NCBI GenBank assembly: GCA_025462925.1
Contig: JAOAPL010000108.1
Span: forward strand, 1-49,052
Reading direction: 5' to 3'
Origin: Acidobacteriaceae bacterium
Lineage (GTDB): Bacteria; Acidobacteriota; Terriglobia; Terriglobales; Acidobacteriaceae
Length of the DNA stretch: 49,052 bases
The position numbers were made by a program, and so were the translations under genes. Positions 27,420 to 36,064 of this stretch are shown in pieces; positions within the stretch are counted from its first letter, which is position 1, and the number at the start of each line of letters is the position of its first letter. Under the pieces are notes generated by a model. That model searched no databases. It saw only the letters and a list, made by a program, of their open reading frames with translations, and was not told the DNA's origin.

Positions 27420-28187
27420 TCAATACTCCACGCTCACCAGGTACAAACCTTTCGCCGGCGCAGTTGCACCCGCCGCCGACCGGTTCCGTGCTTCCAGGAT
27501 TCGACCGATGTCCTCCGGCTTGAGCGTTCCCTTGCCCACGAGCAGGAAGGTCCCCACCAGGTTTCGAACCATGTGATGAAGAAATCCGTCCCCGCGGACG
27601 GTATACACCAGCTCTTCTCCCCGGCGCTCCCATGCTGAGGAATAGATCGTCCGCACATTTTTAGGGGTGCAGTCTGCTTCGGATGACTCGGTTCGGTCAG
27701 GATCCACCGCGGCGAATGAAGTGAAGTCATGCTCTCCAATCACCAGAGCCGCTGCGTGGTTCATCGCCTCTTCATCCAGCGGATAAGGATGGTGATACAC
27801 GTACTTCGCCAGGAATGGCGGACAGATGCTTCCACGATAAATCCTGTATTGATAGGTCTTCGCTTTGGCATGATGTCGCGCATGAAAATCGGCTGGAACT
27901 TCTTCCGCCGACAGAACGCGGATCGATTCTGGCAGCAGGCTATTCAGCGCCTTGACGAAATTCTCTAATGGAATGGTTGAGGTGCTTTGGAAGGATGCGA
28001 CCTGTGCCAGAGCGTGCACCCCGGCGTCCGTCCGGCCCGAACCTTGGGGCAGGACTTTCTCGGCGGTGATGCGTTGAATCACTTCCGCCAGAGTGCCTTG
28101 GATGGTGGGCCTGTCCGGCTGGACCTGCCAGCCGTTGAAAGCTGATCCGTCGTAAGAAAGGACGAGTTTGATATTGCGGTCGGACAA
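27420..28187 (-). CDS. truA: tRNA pseudouridine(38-40) synthase
   Basis: 255 aa, TTG start. YDGSAFNGWQVQP and GRTDAGVHA (catalytic Asp) motifs. Confidence 0.9.
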   Translation of the reverse strand: MSDRNIKLVLSYDGSAFNGWQVQPDRPTIQGTLAEVIQRITAEKVLPQGSGRTDAGVHALAQVASFQSTSTIPLENFVKALNSLLPESIRVLSAEEVPADFHARHHAKAKTYQYRIYRGSICPPFLAKYVYHHPYPLDEEAMNHAAALVIGEHDFTSFAAVDPDRTESSEADCTPKNVRTIYSSAWERRGEELVYTVRGDGFLHHMVRNLVGTFLLVGKGTLKPEDIGRILEARNRSAAGATAPAKGLYLVSVEY

Positions 28188-28502
28188 TCGGGAATGGCTC
28201 AGTTTCGCGCTATCCTAATGCTCTCCTACAAGAATAGAAATGCTGATTCTTACCAACTAATTACAAGAATCCCTAGTTCCCGACTTTCATCTTTTCTGGA
28301 TGACTTATACTATCGTACTTCCCTGATTGTTCTTGTCCCACGCAGGCACTAATGCCAGTGCCCGCAACATGGAACTAATCCGGGCATCGGTTCGTATACT
28401 TTCTTGCAAGCAGCCCAAAATTGATTGATGGTGACCATTCACCCTAATAGCAGTCTTAGAACAGTTGTTTTAACAAATAGTTCATAGTCGGAGATCGAAC
28501 TC

Positions 28503-30542
28503 ATGCGAGTTTTGCGTCACATGGTGACAACCAGTAAGAATCTACTTGTTCTGGCAATGGCGTTCACTTTGGTGTTCCCTGCCAGCGTGTTCGCGCAGGA
28601 CGCCCCTGCGGCTCCCAGTGCAACTAAAGCCCCTCCTCCGCAGCGTTCGCTGGTGGACTTTACCAAGCCGAATCTGCATTTTCCTAATCCACTTGGGCCT
28701 TACAAGGCGCATCAGGTACAGGAGCCGGACTTTTCCAACACGCCGCGCATCGACCAGTTGATCAAGAACGGCGAGTTGGTGCTCAGCCTTAACGATGCCA
28801 TCGCCCTCGCGCTCGAGAACAATCTGGATCTGGCGATTGCCCGCTACAACTTGAACATCGCAGATACTGACATCCTCCGGGCCAAGGCTGGAAATAGCAT
28901 CCGCGGTGTAGCTACGGGACTCGTCACTGGCACACCCGGCGGCGGACAAGGTGGCTTCGGAACTGGCGCATCGGGCGCTGGCGCTGGCGGGACCACTGGC
29001 GGCGCCGGTGGCGCAGGTGCTGGAAGTTCAGGACTGGTGCAATCGACTCTCGGCGCAACCGGGCCTGCCGTTCCGCAATTCGACCCCTCACTGACATCAA
29101 CCCTGCAAATTGAGCACGCGGTGTTCCCGCAATCGAACACCATCACCACAGGTGTGCCCATCTTGCAGCAGAATAGCGGCACGGCGAACTTTGCTTACAA
29201 TCAGGGCTTCGCTCCCGGCACGAATATGTCGGTTGGCTTTAATAACAGCCGTCTAACCACCAACAGCTTGGGAAGTTTCTTGAATCCTTCATTGAACAGC
29301 AGTTTCCGTTTCACTCTGCAACAACACCTGCTACAGGGATTCGGAGTCGCCCTGAATAGACGCAACATCTACATCGCGAACAACAACAGGAATATTTCCA
29401 CCCAGGCCTTCCGCAATCAAGTGATTTCCACCGTATCCCAGATCCAAAATATCTATTGGGACTTGGTAAACGCCTACGAAGATTTGAAAGTAAAGCAGCG
29501 TTCGCTTTCTCTGGCAGAGAAGACAGAGTCGGACAACCGAAAGCAGGTAGAAATCGGTACACTCGCGCCCATTGAGATTGTCCGCGCGGATTCTGAGGTC
29601 GCTACCCGAAGGCAGGATCTGATCCTCTCCCAGACCCAACTGCAATTGCAACAGGCTCTGATCAAAAATGCACTAACGCGCAACCTGTCGGATCCCTTGC
29701 TGGCCACTATCCCGGTCATACCTACTGACACCATGGTGTTGCCTAAAGAAGAGCCGATCACGCCTGTTCAAGACTTGGTCAAGCACGCGATTGATCAGCG
29801 CCCTGACCTGGAGCAGTCACGCATAGACTTGGTCAACCGTGACATCTCCAAGAAAGCGGCCAAGAATTCGCTGCTTCCAGCTGTCGATTTCATCGCATTC
29901 TACGGAGGCTCAGGTCTGGCAGGTTCGCAAAACCCGCTTAGGAGCTGCGCTTCGGCTACATGTACCCCGTCAGAACTTAACGCTGGATTGCTTGCTCCTG
30001 GGACTGTTAATACAGCAGGATTCGGAGATTCGTTCGGCAGTTTGTTCGATTCCAGCGCGCCCGACAAAGGTGTTGGTCTCCAGATCAGCATTCCTATCCG
30101 CAACCGCTCAGCTCAAGCCGACCAGGTCCGCTCCGAACTGGAATTCCGGCAGGCGCAGCTCCGTTATCTCCAACAGCAGAACCAGGTCGGCATTGACGTC
30201 CGCAGCGCGCAGTTCACCTTACAGCAGAACCGCGCTCGCGTGGACGCCGCAGTGAGCGGCCGACAACTTGCACAGGAGAGTCTGGACGCCGAACAGAAGA
30301 AGTACACGCTGGGAGCTTCAACCAACATCCTCGTCCTGCAGGCGCAACGTGATTTGGCTGTGGCCGAGTCGAACGTTGTAGCCGCGATGGCCGCTTACGA
30401 AAAATCGCGGGTGCAATTGGACCAGGTTACAGGCGACACTCTCACTAAACTCGGGATCGTATTGAATGACGCCGAAGCAGGTGTAGTCAAACAAACGCCG
30501 CAAGTTCCCGATGTAGTCACCGCCACACCCACAAACAAATAA
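28503..30542 (+). CDS. TolC-family outer-membrane efflux protein with Gly-rich insertion
   Basis: GGAG 9 nt upstream of ATG 28503. Signal peptide ...VFPASVFA. Two OEP repeats (LSLNDAIALALENNLDLAIARYN...; DLVKHAIDQRPDLEQSRIDL...). Confidence 0.85.
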   Translation: MRVLRHMVTTSKNLLVLAMAFTLVFPASVFAQDAPAAPSATKAPPPQRSLVDFTKPNLHFPNPLGPYKAHQVQEPDFSNTPRIDQLIKNGELVLSLNDAIALALENNLDLAIARYNLNIADTDILRAKAGNSIRGVATGLVTGTPGGGQGGFGTGASGAGAGGTTGGAGGAGAGSSGLVQSTLGATGPAVPQFDPSLTSTLQIEHAVFPQSNTITTGVPILQQNSGTANFAYNQGFAPGTNMSVGFNNSRLTTNSLGSFLNPSLNSSFRFTLQQHLLQGFGVALNRRNIYIANNNRNISTQAFRNQVISTVSQIQNIYWDLVNAYEDLKVKQRSLSLAEKTESDNRKQVEIGTLAPIEIVRADSEVATRRQDLILSQTQLQLQQALIKNALTRNLSDPLLATIPVIPTDTMVLPKEEPITPVQDLVKHAIDQRPDLEQSRIDLVNRDISKKAAKNSLLPAVDFIAFYGGSGLAGSQNPLRSCASATCTPSELNAGLLAPGTVNTAGFGDSFGSLFDSSAPDKGVGLQISIPIRNRSAQADQVRSELEFRQAQLRYLQQQNQVGIDVRSAQFTLQQNRARVDAAVSGRQLAQESLDAEQKKYTLGASTNILVLQAQRDLAVAESNVVAAMAAYEKSRVQLDQVTGDTLTKLGIVLNDAEAGVVKQTPQVPDVVTATPTNK

Positions 30543-30563
30543 CCCTCTCCCAGAAAAGTAAAA

Positions 30564-30585
30564 AGCCCTGGCAGTTGCCAGGGCT
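30564..30585. terminator. bidirectional hairpin terminator between convergent tolC-like and nuoB genes
   Basis: 9-bp stem AGCCCTGGC/GCCAGGGCT with a 4-nt loop. T-rich run (TTTTACTTTT) on the minus-strand side and TCTTG on the plus side. Confidence 0.6.
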
Positions 30586-30607
30586 TCTTGCTGCGATATC
30601 AGATTTC

Positions 30608-31165
30608 TTAAGCCAGATTCAGTACGCGCCTGAAAGACCCCTTATCGTTTTCAATCTTCTGCTGCAGCAACGTGATCGCATAGATCAGTTGCTCGGGACG
30701 GGGCGGACATCCGGGAACATAGATATCCACGGGAATCACCTGGTTCACACCTTGCACCAGGGCATAGTTATTAAAAACACCACCTGAGGTCGCGCATGCC
30801 CCCATGGAAATGACCCATTTGGGTTCCGGCATCTGTTCCCAGAGTTGACGGATCACCGGAGCCATCTTTTGTGAGACGCGTCCGGCGATGATCATCAAGT
30901 CCGACTGCCGCGGCGAGGGACGAAACACCTCCGCGCCGAATCTTGCGATATCAAAGCGTGACGCGCCCATGGCCATCATTTCAATGGCGCAGCATGCCAG
31001 GCCGAATGTCATTGGCCATACCGAACTCTTCCGCGCCCAATTGATGGCGCTGTCCAGAGTTGTCATGATCAAACCTTCCGGCTGATCACCCTCTCCGAAT
31101 GCAACCTTGTGGATGGTCGTGGACCTACCTGCAAGATTTTCGGCTCTATCAGTTCCTTCGGTCAT
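30608..31165 (-). CDS. nuoB: NADH-quinone oxidoreductase subunit B (stand-alone copy)
   Basis: ATG 31165 (MTEGTD...); the longer ORF to 31282 is rejected. N2-cluster cysteines in [27 protein letters not shown]. Confidence 0.85.
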   Translation of the reverse strand: MTEGTDRAENLAGRSTTIHKVAFGEGDQPEGLIMTTLDSAINWARKSSVWPMTFGLACCAIEMMAMGASRFDIARFGAEVFRPSPRQSDLMIIAGRVSQKMAPVIRQLWEQMPEPKWVISMGACATSGGVFNNYALVQGVNQVIPVDIYVPGCPPRPEQLIYAITLLQQKIENDKGSFRRVLNLA

Positions 31166-31269
31166 GTGTTCAATTCTATCCTGTTGTTTATTCCATGCCA
31201 ACCAAATCAAACTCTTGGAAACGCGTCCCGTAATACAAAGCCTGCCTTGCTCCTTGCATCGGACACAGC

Positions 31270-31650
31270 ATGGCTGCCGCAAAAGGGAAAAGACTGTGTT
31301 TCCTTGTTATTGAAGTAGAACCGGCTCAAGGCTTATCCACCAGAAAATTGCTGCTCGAAACCGCCAAGCACAATGTGATTACCGCGTACAGCGGCAAGGA
31401 AGGGACGCAGACATTCGATCGCTTTCCCCAGGTCGACGCAGTCGTCGTTGACTCTCAATTGCGGGACATGAGATGTGAGGAGATTACAGCCAAGATCAAG
31501 AAACGGAATCCGAATATTCCGGTCAATGCCCTTCATCCCAGGGAGGAGTTGCCAAAGCACGTGTGTAATTCCGATCAGGTAGTTGTCGCGCATGATCCTG
31601 CTGCCTTGTTGAAAGTGCTAGAGAACTTCAATTCCAAAGCCGCTGCGTAG
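31270..31650 (+). CDS. receiver-like (CheY-fold) protein with degenerate active site
   Basis: 126 aa. Beta1 CFLVIEVEP in place of the DD pair, [10 protein letters not shown] retains the Asp position, no clear T/S or K-P motif. The assignment rests on pattern only. Confidence 0.4.
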   Translation: MAAAKGKRLCFLVIEVEPAQGLSTRKLLLETAKHNVITAYSGKEGTQTFDRFPQVDAVVVDSQLRDMRCEEITAKIKKRNPNIPVNALHPREELPKHVCNSDQVVVAHDPAALLKVLENFNSKAAA

Positions 31651-31656
31651 CTGGAT

Positions 31657-32685
31657 TCACGGATTCAACACGATCTTTCCAAACTGCTGACTCTTTTCCA
31701 GTCGCTCGTGCGCGGCGCGCGCCTCCCGCAACGGAAACGTCTTATCAACTACCGGCTTCAACTTGCCGCTGAAGACGTGTTTCAGAACCTCATGCAATTC
31801 GCCCATGGTTCCCATGTATGAGCCTAGGAATGACAACTGCTTTGCAAACAGGACGCGCAGATCGAATTGCGCTTCCGGTCCAGTTGTCGCGCCACAGGTG
31901 ACGAGCTTTCCGCCAGGCTTGAGTGATTTAACGCTCTCATCCCAGGTGGCCTTTCCGACGTGCTCAAGGACGATGTCCACTCCCGCCTTCGCGGTGATCT
32001 TTCTTACTTCCTCGGAAATCTTTTCCTTGTAGTGATTGATCGTGTAATCCGCGCCGAGTTCGCGGGATTTGTCCAGCTTAGCTTCATCCCCGGCAGTGGC
32101 AATGACTTTTGCCCCCAGCATCTTGGCTATCTGGATCGCCGCCGACCCCACGCCCGAGCCTCCGCCCAGCACCAATACGATCTGGCCGGCTTTGATATCG
32201 CAACGTCCAACCAGCATGTGCCATGCAGTAAGGAATACCAGGGGAATGCTTGCAGCTTCGTCGTATGTGAGTGCGATCGATGCGGGGATCGGGATCACAC
32301 TCACTCGCGGCACGGCAATGTATTCGCGGTTGCCGCCGTCATTCAGGTAACCGAGCACGGTGAACTCGCGACACATATTCTGCCGCCCCTCCATGCACTG
32401 CTGGCAATGTCCGCAAAAGTTCATCGGCGCAAGTAGCACGCGCTGGCCTTCTTTGATGTCATTGATGTACTCGCCCACTTTCACGACATCGCCGGACACG
32501 TCACTTCCATTGATGTGCGGCAGTGTCACTCCCGGCAATCCCTTGCGAATCCACAGGTCCAAATGATTCAGAGCGCATGCCTTCACGCGGATGAGCACTT
32601 CGTCTTTGCGCATCTCCGGCTCAGGCACATCTTCATACTTCAAGACATCCGGACCGCCAAACTCGTGGAATCGAACAGCTTTCAT
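31657..32685 (-). CDS. zinc-type alcohol dehydrogenase / quinone oxidoreductase (MDR family)
   Basis: ATG 32685 with GAGGAG 6 nt upstream (MKAVRFHEFGGPDVLKYEDVPEP); the 71-aa extension is rejected. Structural-Zn-like CGHCQQCMEGRQNMC. NAD fold VLGGGSGVGSAAIQIAK. Confidence 0.85.
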   Translation of the reverse strand: MKAVRFHEFGGPDVLKYEDVPEPEMRKDEVLIRVKACALNHLDLWIRKGLPGVTLPHINGSDVSGDVVKVGEYINDIKEGQRVLLAPMNFCGHCQQCMEGRQNMCREFTVLGYLNDGGNREYIAVPRVSVIPIPASIALTYDEAASIPLVFLTAWHMLVGRCDIKAGQIVLVLGGGSGVGSAAIQIAKMLGAKVIATAGDEAKLDKSRELGADYTINHYKEKISEEVRKITAKAGVDIVLEHVGKATWDESVKSLKPGGKLVTCGATTGPEAQFDLRVLFAKQLSFLGSYMGTMGELHEVLKHVFSGKLKPVVDKTFPLREARAAHERLEKSQQFGKIVLNP

Positions 32686-32803
32686 TCTCGTCTCCTCGGC
32701 AACCAAGCAATTTACCACGGCGACAAGAACTGACGGGCGAACCGCCGCCCAGCCAGAACTGCCCATATCGTTGTACAATCCGCTCCCGATAGGAAGTGCG
32801 TAT

Positions 32804-33928
32804 ATGGATAGAAGAACTTTTCTAAAAACTGCCGCGATTGGAACTGCCGCTCTAAGTGCAACCGGATTTTCCCTCGATGTAGATGCACCGAAACGCAAGC
32901 CGCTGAAAAACTGGGTGTGGCTTACTGTCGATACGAAGAAATCAGCAGACGAGTGGAAAGCCCTTTTCGCAACTATGCGGGACTCCGGAGTTCAGGCCAT
33001 TGTCCCTGAGGTCTACGACGGCAAGAACGCGTTTTTCCCTAGTACACGATTGCCGGTAAGCACTGACCTTCTGGGAACGATGTTGCCTCTAGCACACGCA
33101 GCAGGACTCGAAGTCCATGCGTGGATGTGGTGCATGCCGTGCATGATTCCCGAGATCATGTCGAAGCATCCCGATTGGTACAACGTAAACGCGAAAGGAG
33201 AGTCGGCCGTCGACAAGCCCGCTTATGTTGATTACTACAAGTTTCTCGATCCAGGTCGTCCCGAGGTCCGCGAATTTATTCAGGGCACGGCGAAGGAACT
33301 GGCGAATATCGCCGAACTCGACGGAGTACACCTCGATTACATTCGCCACCCCGACGCCATTCTCGCTTCTGGACTGTGGAAGAAGTACAACATCGTTCAG
33401 GACAAGGTTTATCCGCCCTACGATTATGGATACACCGATTTTGAGCGGACTGAATTCAAGAAACTGCACGGCCGAGATCCAATGCAGATCAAAGATCCTA
33501 CGAATGACAGCGATTGGATGAAGTTCCGTTATGACATGGTCACCGATCTTGTAAATCAATACCTCGTCCCCGCCGTCCACGCGAAAGGCAAAGTCATCAG
33601 CGCTGCAGTTTTCCCTGGCCCAACGCTCGCGAAGCAGATGGTCCGCCAAGATTGGGGACGCTGGAACCTCGACGCGTTTCTGCCCATGCTCTACAACAGC
33701 TTTTACCAAGCAGGTCCGGAGTGGGTAAAGCAGCAAACGCGTGAAGGAGTATCAACCGTGAAACGACCGGTTTACAGCGGCCTGTTCATTCACGACATGG
33801 ACGAACCCAAATTCACGCAGACCGTCGACATGGCCTTGAAAGGCGGCGCATCGGGCCTCGCCCTCTTTTCCGGCGGCGGCATGACGCCGGCAAAGTGGAA
33901 AATCCTGAAGGAGGTTTCTAAGTCCTGA
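32804..33928 (+). CDS. Tat-exported glycoside-hydrolase-like protein (GHL10/DUF187 family)
   Basis: ATG 32804 with AGGAAG 7 nt upstream. Twin-arginine signal MDRRTFLKTAAIGTAAL. HAWMWCMP and DGVHLDYIRHPD motifs typical of GHL10. Confidence 0.65.
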   Translation: MDRRTFLKTAAIGTAALSATGFSLDVDAPKRKPLKNWVWLTVDTKKSADEWKALFATMRDSGVQAIVPEVYDGKNAFFPSTRLPVSTDLLGTMLPLAHAAGLEVHAWMWCMPCMIPEIMSKHPDWYNVNAKGESAVDKPAYVDYYKFLDPGRPEVREFIQGTAKELANIAELDGVHLDYIRHPDAILASGLWKKYNIVQDKVYPPYDYGYTDFERTEFKKLHGRDPMQIKDPTNDSDWMKFRYDMVTDLVNQYLVPAVHAKGKVISAAVFPGPTLAKQMVRQDWGRWNLDAFLPMLYNSFYQAGPEWVKQQTREGVSTVKRPVYSGLFIHDMDEPKFTQTVDMALKGGASGLALFSGGGMTPAKWKILKEVSKS

Positions 33929-33938
33929 TTACACCAGC

Positions 33939-33962
33939 CGGGGGCATCTCGCCCCCGTTTTT
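33939..33962 (+). terminator. rho-independent terminator after the GHL10 gene
   Basis: Stem CGGGGGC/GCCCCCG, 5-nt loop, then TTTTT at 33958-33962. Confidence 0.75.
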
Positions 33963-34003
33963 CATTTGAAGCAAAAGCCGGGTGCTGAACTACAATCTTC
34001 AAC

Positions 34004-34768
34004 ATGTCTCCAGCACTCGACATTCTCGCCATCGCCGCCCATCGCGACGATGTGGAACAGACCTGCGGCGGTACGCTTCTCAAGATGGCTCAACAAGGAC
34101 ACCGCACCGGTATCCTTGACCTCACTCAAGGCGAACTAGGTACTCGCGGCAGCGCCGAAAATCGCGCTCGCGAAGCCAGCGACGCAGCCGCGATCCTAAA
34201 AGTAAGTTGGCGCTATGGGCTCGATATCCCTGACGGCCGCGTCGAAAACACTTGGGAGAACCGCTTGAAGATCGCGCACGTGATCCGGGAGCAGCGTCCT
34301 CGCGTCGTCATTCTGCCCTATTGGAAAGGGCGCCACCCCGACCACTACAGCTGCTCCACTCTTGGATATGAAGCCTGCTTTCTGGCCGGCCTCACTAAAC
34401 TTCAGATTGCCAGCGAGCTTGGCAAGACTACTGTAGAGAGTTCGGGCAAACTGCAGGATCTCGGCCCTCATCGTCCGTTCAAGATTGTTTATGCCACGCT
34501 CTATTACGACATCCGTCCCAGTTTCGTTGTCGATATCACTGACCAGTTTGAAGCCCGCCTGGAATCCATCTACGCCTATAAGACGCAGTTCTCTGATCAG
34601 GAAGCCGGCAAGGGCGACTTCCCTGCCAACGCCGAGATTCGCGAGCGCGTCGCTTCAATGGCCCGGTACTACGGTTTGCTGGCGGGCGTGAAATATGCCG
34701 AGCCCTTTCTGCAAAAAGAAATCGGTTTGGTGGATGACCTCACACAAATTCCGGTGAAATCAATCTAA
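34004..34768 (+). CDS. PIG-L family N-acetylglucosaminyl deacetylase (BshB1-like)
   Basis: 254 aa. LAIAAHRDDVEQTCGGTLLK, GILDLTQGELGTRGS, and PDHY motifs match the LmbE/BshB1 pattern. Confidence 0.75.
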   Translation: MSPALDILAIAAHRDDVEQTCGGTLLKMAQQGHRTGILDLTQGELGTRGSAENRAREASDAAAILKVSWRYGLDIPDGRVENTWENRLKIAHVIREQRPRVVILPYWKGRHPDHYSCSTLGYEACFLAGLTKLQIASELGKTTVESSGKLQDLGPHRPFKIVYATLYYDIRPSFVVDITDQFEARLESIYAYKTQFSDQEAGKGDFPANAEIRERVASMARYYGLLAGVKYAEPFLQKEIGLVDDLTQIPVKSI

Positions 34769-34843
34769 GCCTTGCGGATAGGGCACTGCCAACGAAAGGG
34801 GCTTTCCAGCCTTGCCATTCGTATACTTAAGGCAAAGGCCCCC

Positions 34844-36064
34844 ATGCTTGCCCTTCGAGACAATCTTTCGCAGACCTTCGGTGCGCTGCGCGCGCACAAG
34901 CTCCGCGCCTCGCTCACCATGTTGGGACTCACCATGGGCGTCGCTACCCTCATCACTGTGATGACCCTGGTGCAGGGAGCGAATCTCTTCGTCGAACAAA
35001 AGATCGCGAACCTCGGCACGAATGTTTTTCAGATCGCGCGCACACCCTTCGCAGTCACTGATTTCAACGTCATCATCAAATCGTTGAAGTACAAAAAGAT
35101 TGAGATCGATGACATGCTCGCCATCGCTGAGCGATGTCCCGCGTGCGATGCCGTCGGCGCCAGCGCCAGCACTACAGTTCGTGCGCGATATCAAAACAAG
35201 GAGGCCACCGATGTCAGCCTTGCCGGACAGACCGCCAGCATGGCTGATATCGACACGCGCACGATCGAACGAGGAAGACCCTTCACGCAATCAGAATCCG
35301 ACCACAGCGCGCATGTCTGCCTCGTGGGTGACACGCTGGCCGAACAATTTTTCCCAGGTGAATCTCCGGTGGGAAAAGTGATTCGTGTGGGCACTGACGA
35401 TTTCACGATCATCGGAACACTCGAAAAAGTCGGCAGCATTCTGGGCCAGGACCAAGACAACTTCGTCATCATTCCCATGCCAGTGTTCCTGCGCATGAAC
35501 GGCATCCACAGCAGCCTCACGATCAATATCAGAGCCACGCAAGGAAATTTCGAGCAGGCGCAAGACCAGGCGCGGCTTGTCCTGCGAGCTCGCCGCCACA
35601 TCAGTGGAAACATGGAAGAGGACTTCTTCGTCGGCACCAAGGAAAGCTACATGGCGCTATGGCGTCAGATCAGTTCTGCATTCTTCGCTGTCTTCATCAT
35701 GGTCAGTGCGATTTCCGCCATCGTCGGAGGCATCGTCATCATGAACGTCATGCTGGTCAGCGTGACCGAGCGGCGCAAAGAGATCGGCGTTCGCCGTGCC
35801 ATGGGCGCAACCCGGATCGATATCCTTGAGCAATTCATGGCCGAGAGCGTGGTGCAGTGCATCTTCGGCGGGATTATCGGCGTCAGCCTCGGATTCCTGA
35901 TTGCATTGGTGCTGCGCAATTACAGCCCGTTCCCCGCAGTGGTGCAAACGTGGGTTGCAGGATTAGGCGTCGTTCTCAGTTCGATCATCGGCTTGTTCTT
36001 CGGCATCTATCCCGCCGTTCGCGCATCGCAGCTGGATCCTATCGTCGCGCTGAGGTCTGAATAG
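34844..36064 (+). CDS. MacB-type ABC permease (MacB periplasmic domain + FtsX)
   Basis: ATG 34844 (MLALRDNLSQTFGALRAHKLRASLTMLGLTMGVATLI). Large periplasmic loop. C-terminal FtsX-type TMs with ERRKEIGVRRAMGA. Confidence 0.8.
   Translation: MLALRDNLSQTFGALRAHKLRASLTMLGLTMGVATLITVMTLVQGANLFVEQKIANLGTNVFQIARTPFAVTDFNVIIKSLKYKKIEIDDMLAIAERCPACDAVGASASTTVRARYQNKEATDVSLAGQTASMADIDTRTIERGRPFTQSESDHSAHVCLVGDTLAEQFFPGESPVGKVIRVGTDDFTIIGTLEKVGSILGQDQDNFVIIPMPVFLRMNGIHSSLTINIRATQGNFEQAQDQARLVLRARRHISGNMEEDFFVGTKESYMALWRQISSAFFAVFIMVSAISAIVGGIVIMNVMLVSVTERRKEIGVRRAMGATRIDILEQFMAESVVQCIFGGIIGVSLGFLIALVLRNYSPFPAVVQTWVAGLGVVLSSIIGLFFGIYPAVRASQLDPIVALRSE

Noticed and set aside
28218-28352. 44-codon small ORF (MLSYKNRNADSYQLITRIPSS...) in the truA/tolC intergenic region
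   Set aside because: No SD sequence, no hydrophobic or otherwise recognisable peptide features, and the codons are AT-rich. It is most likely non-coding promoter DNA.
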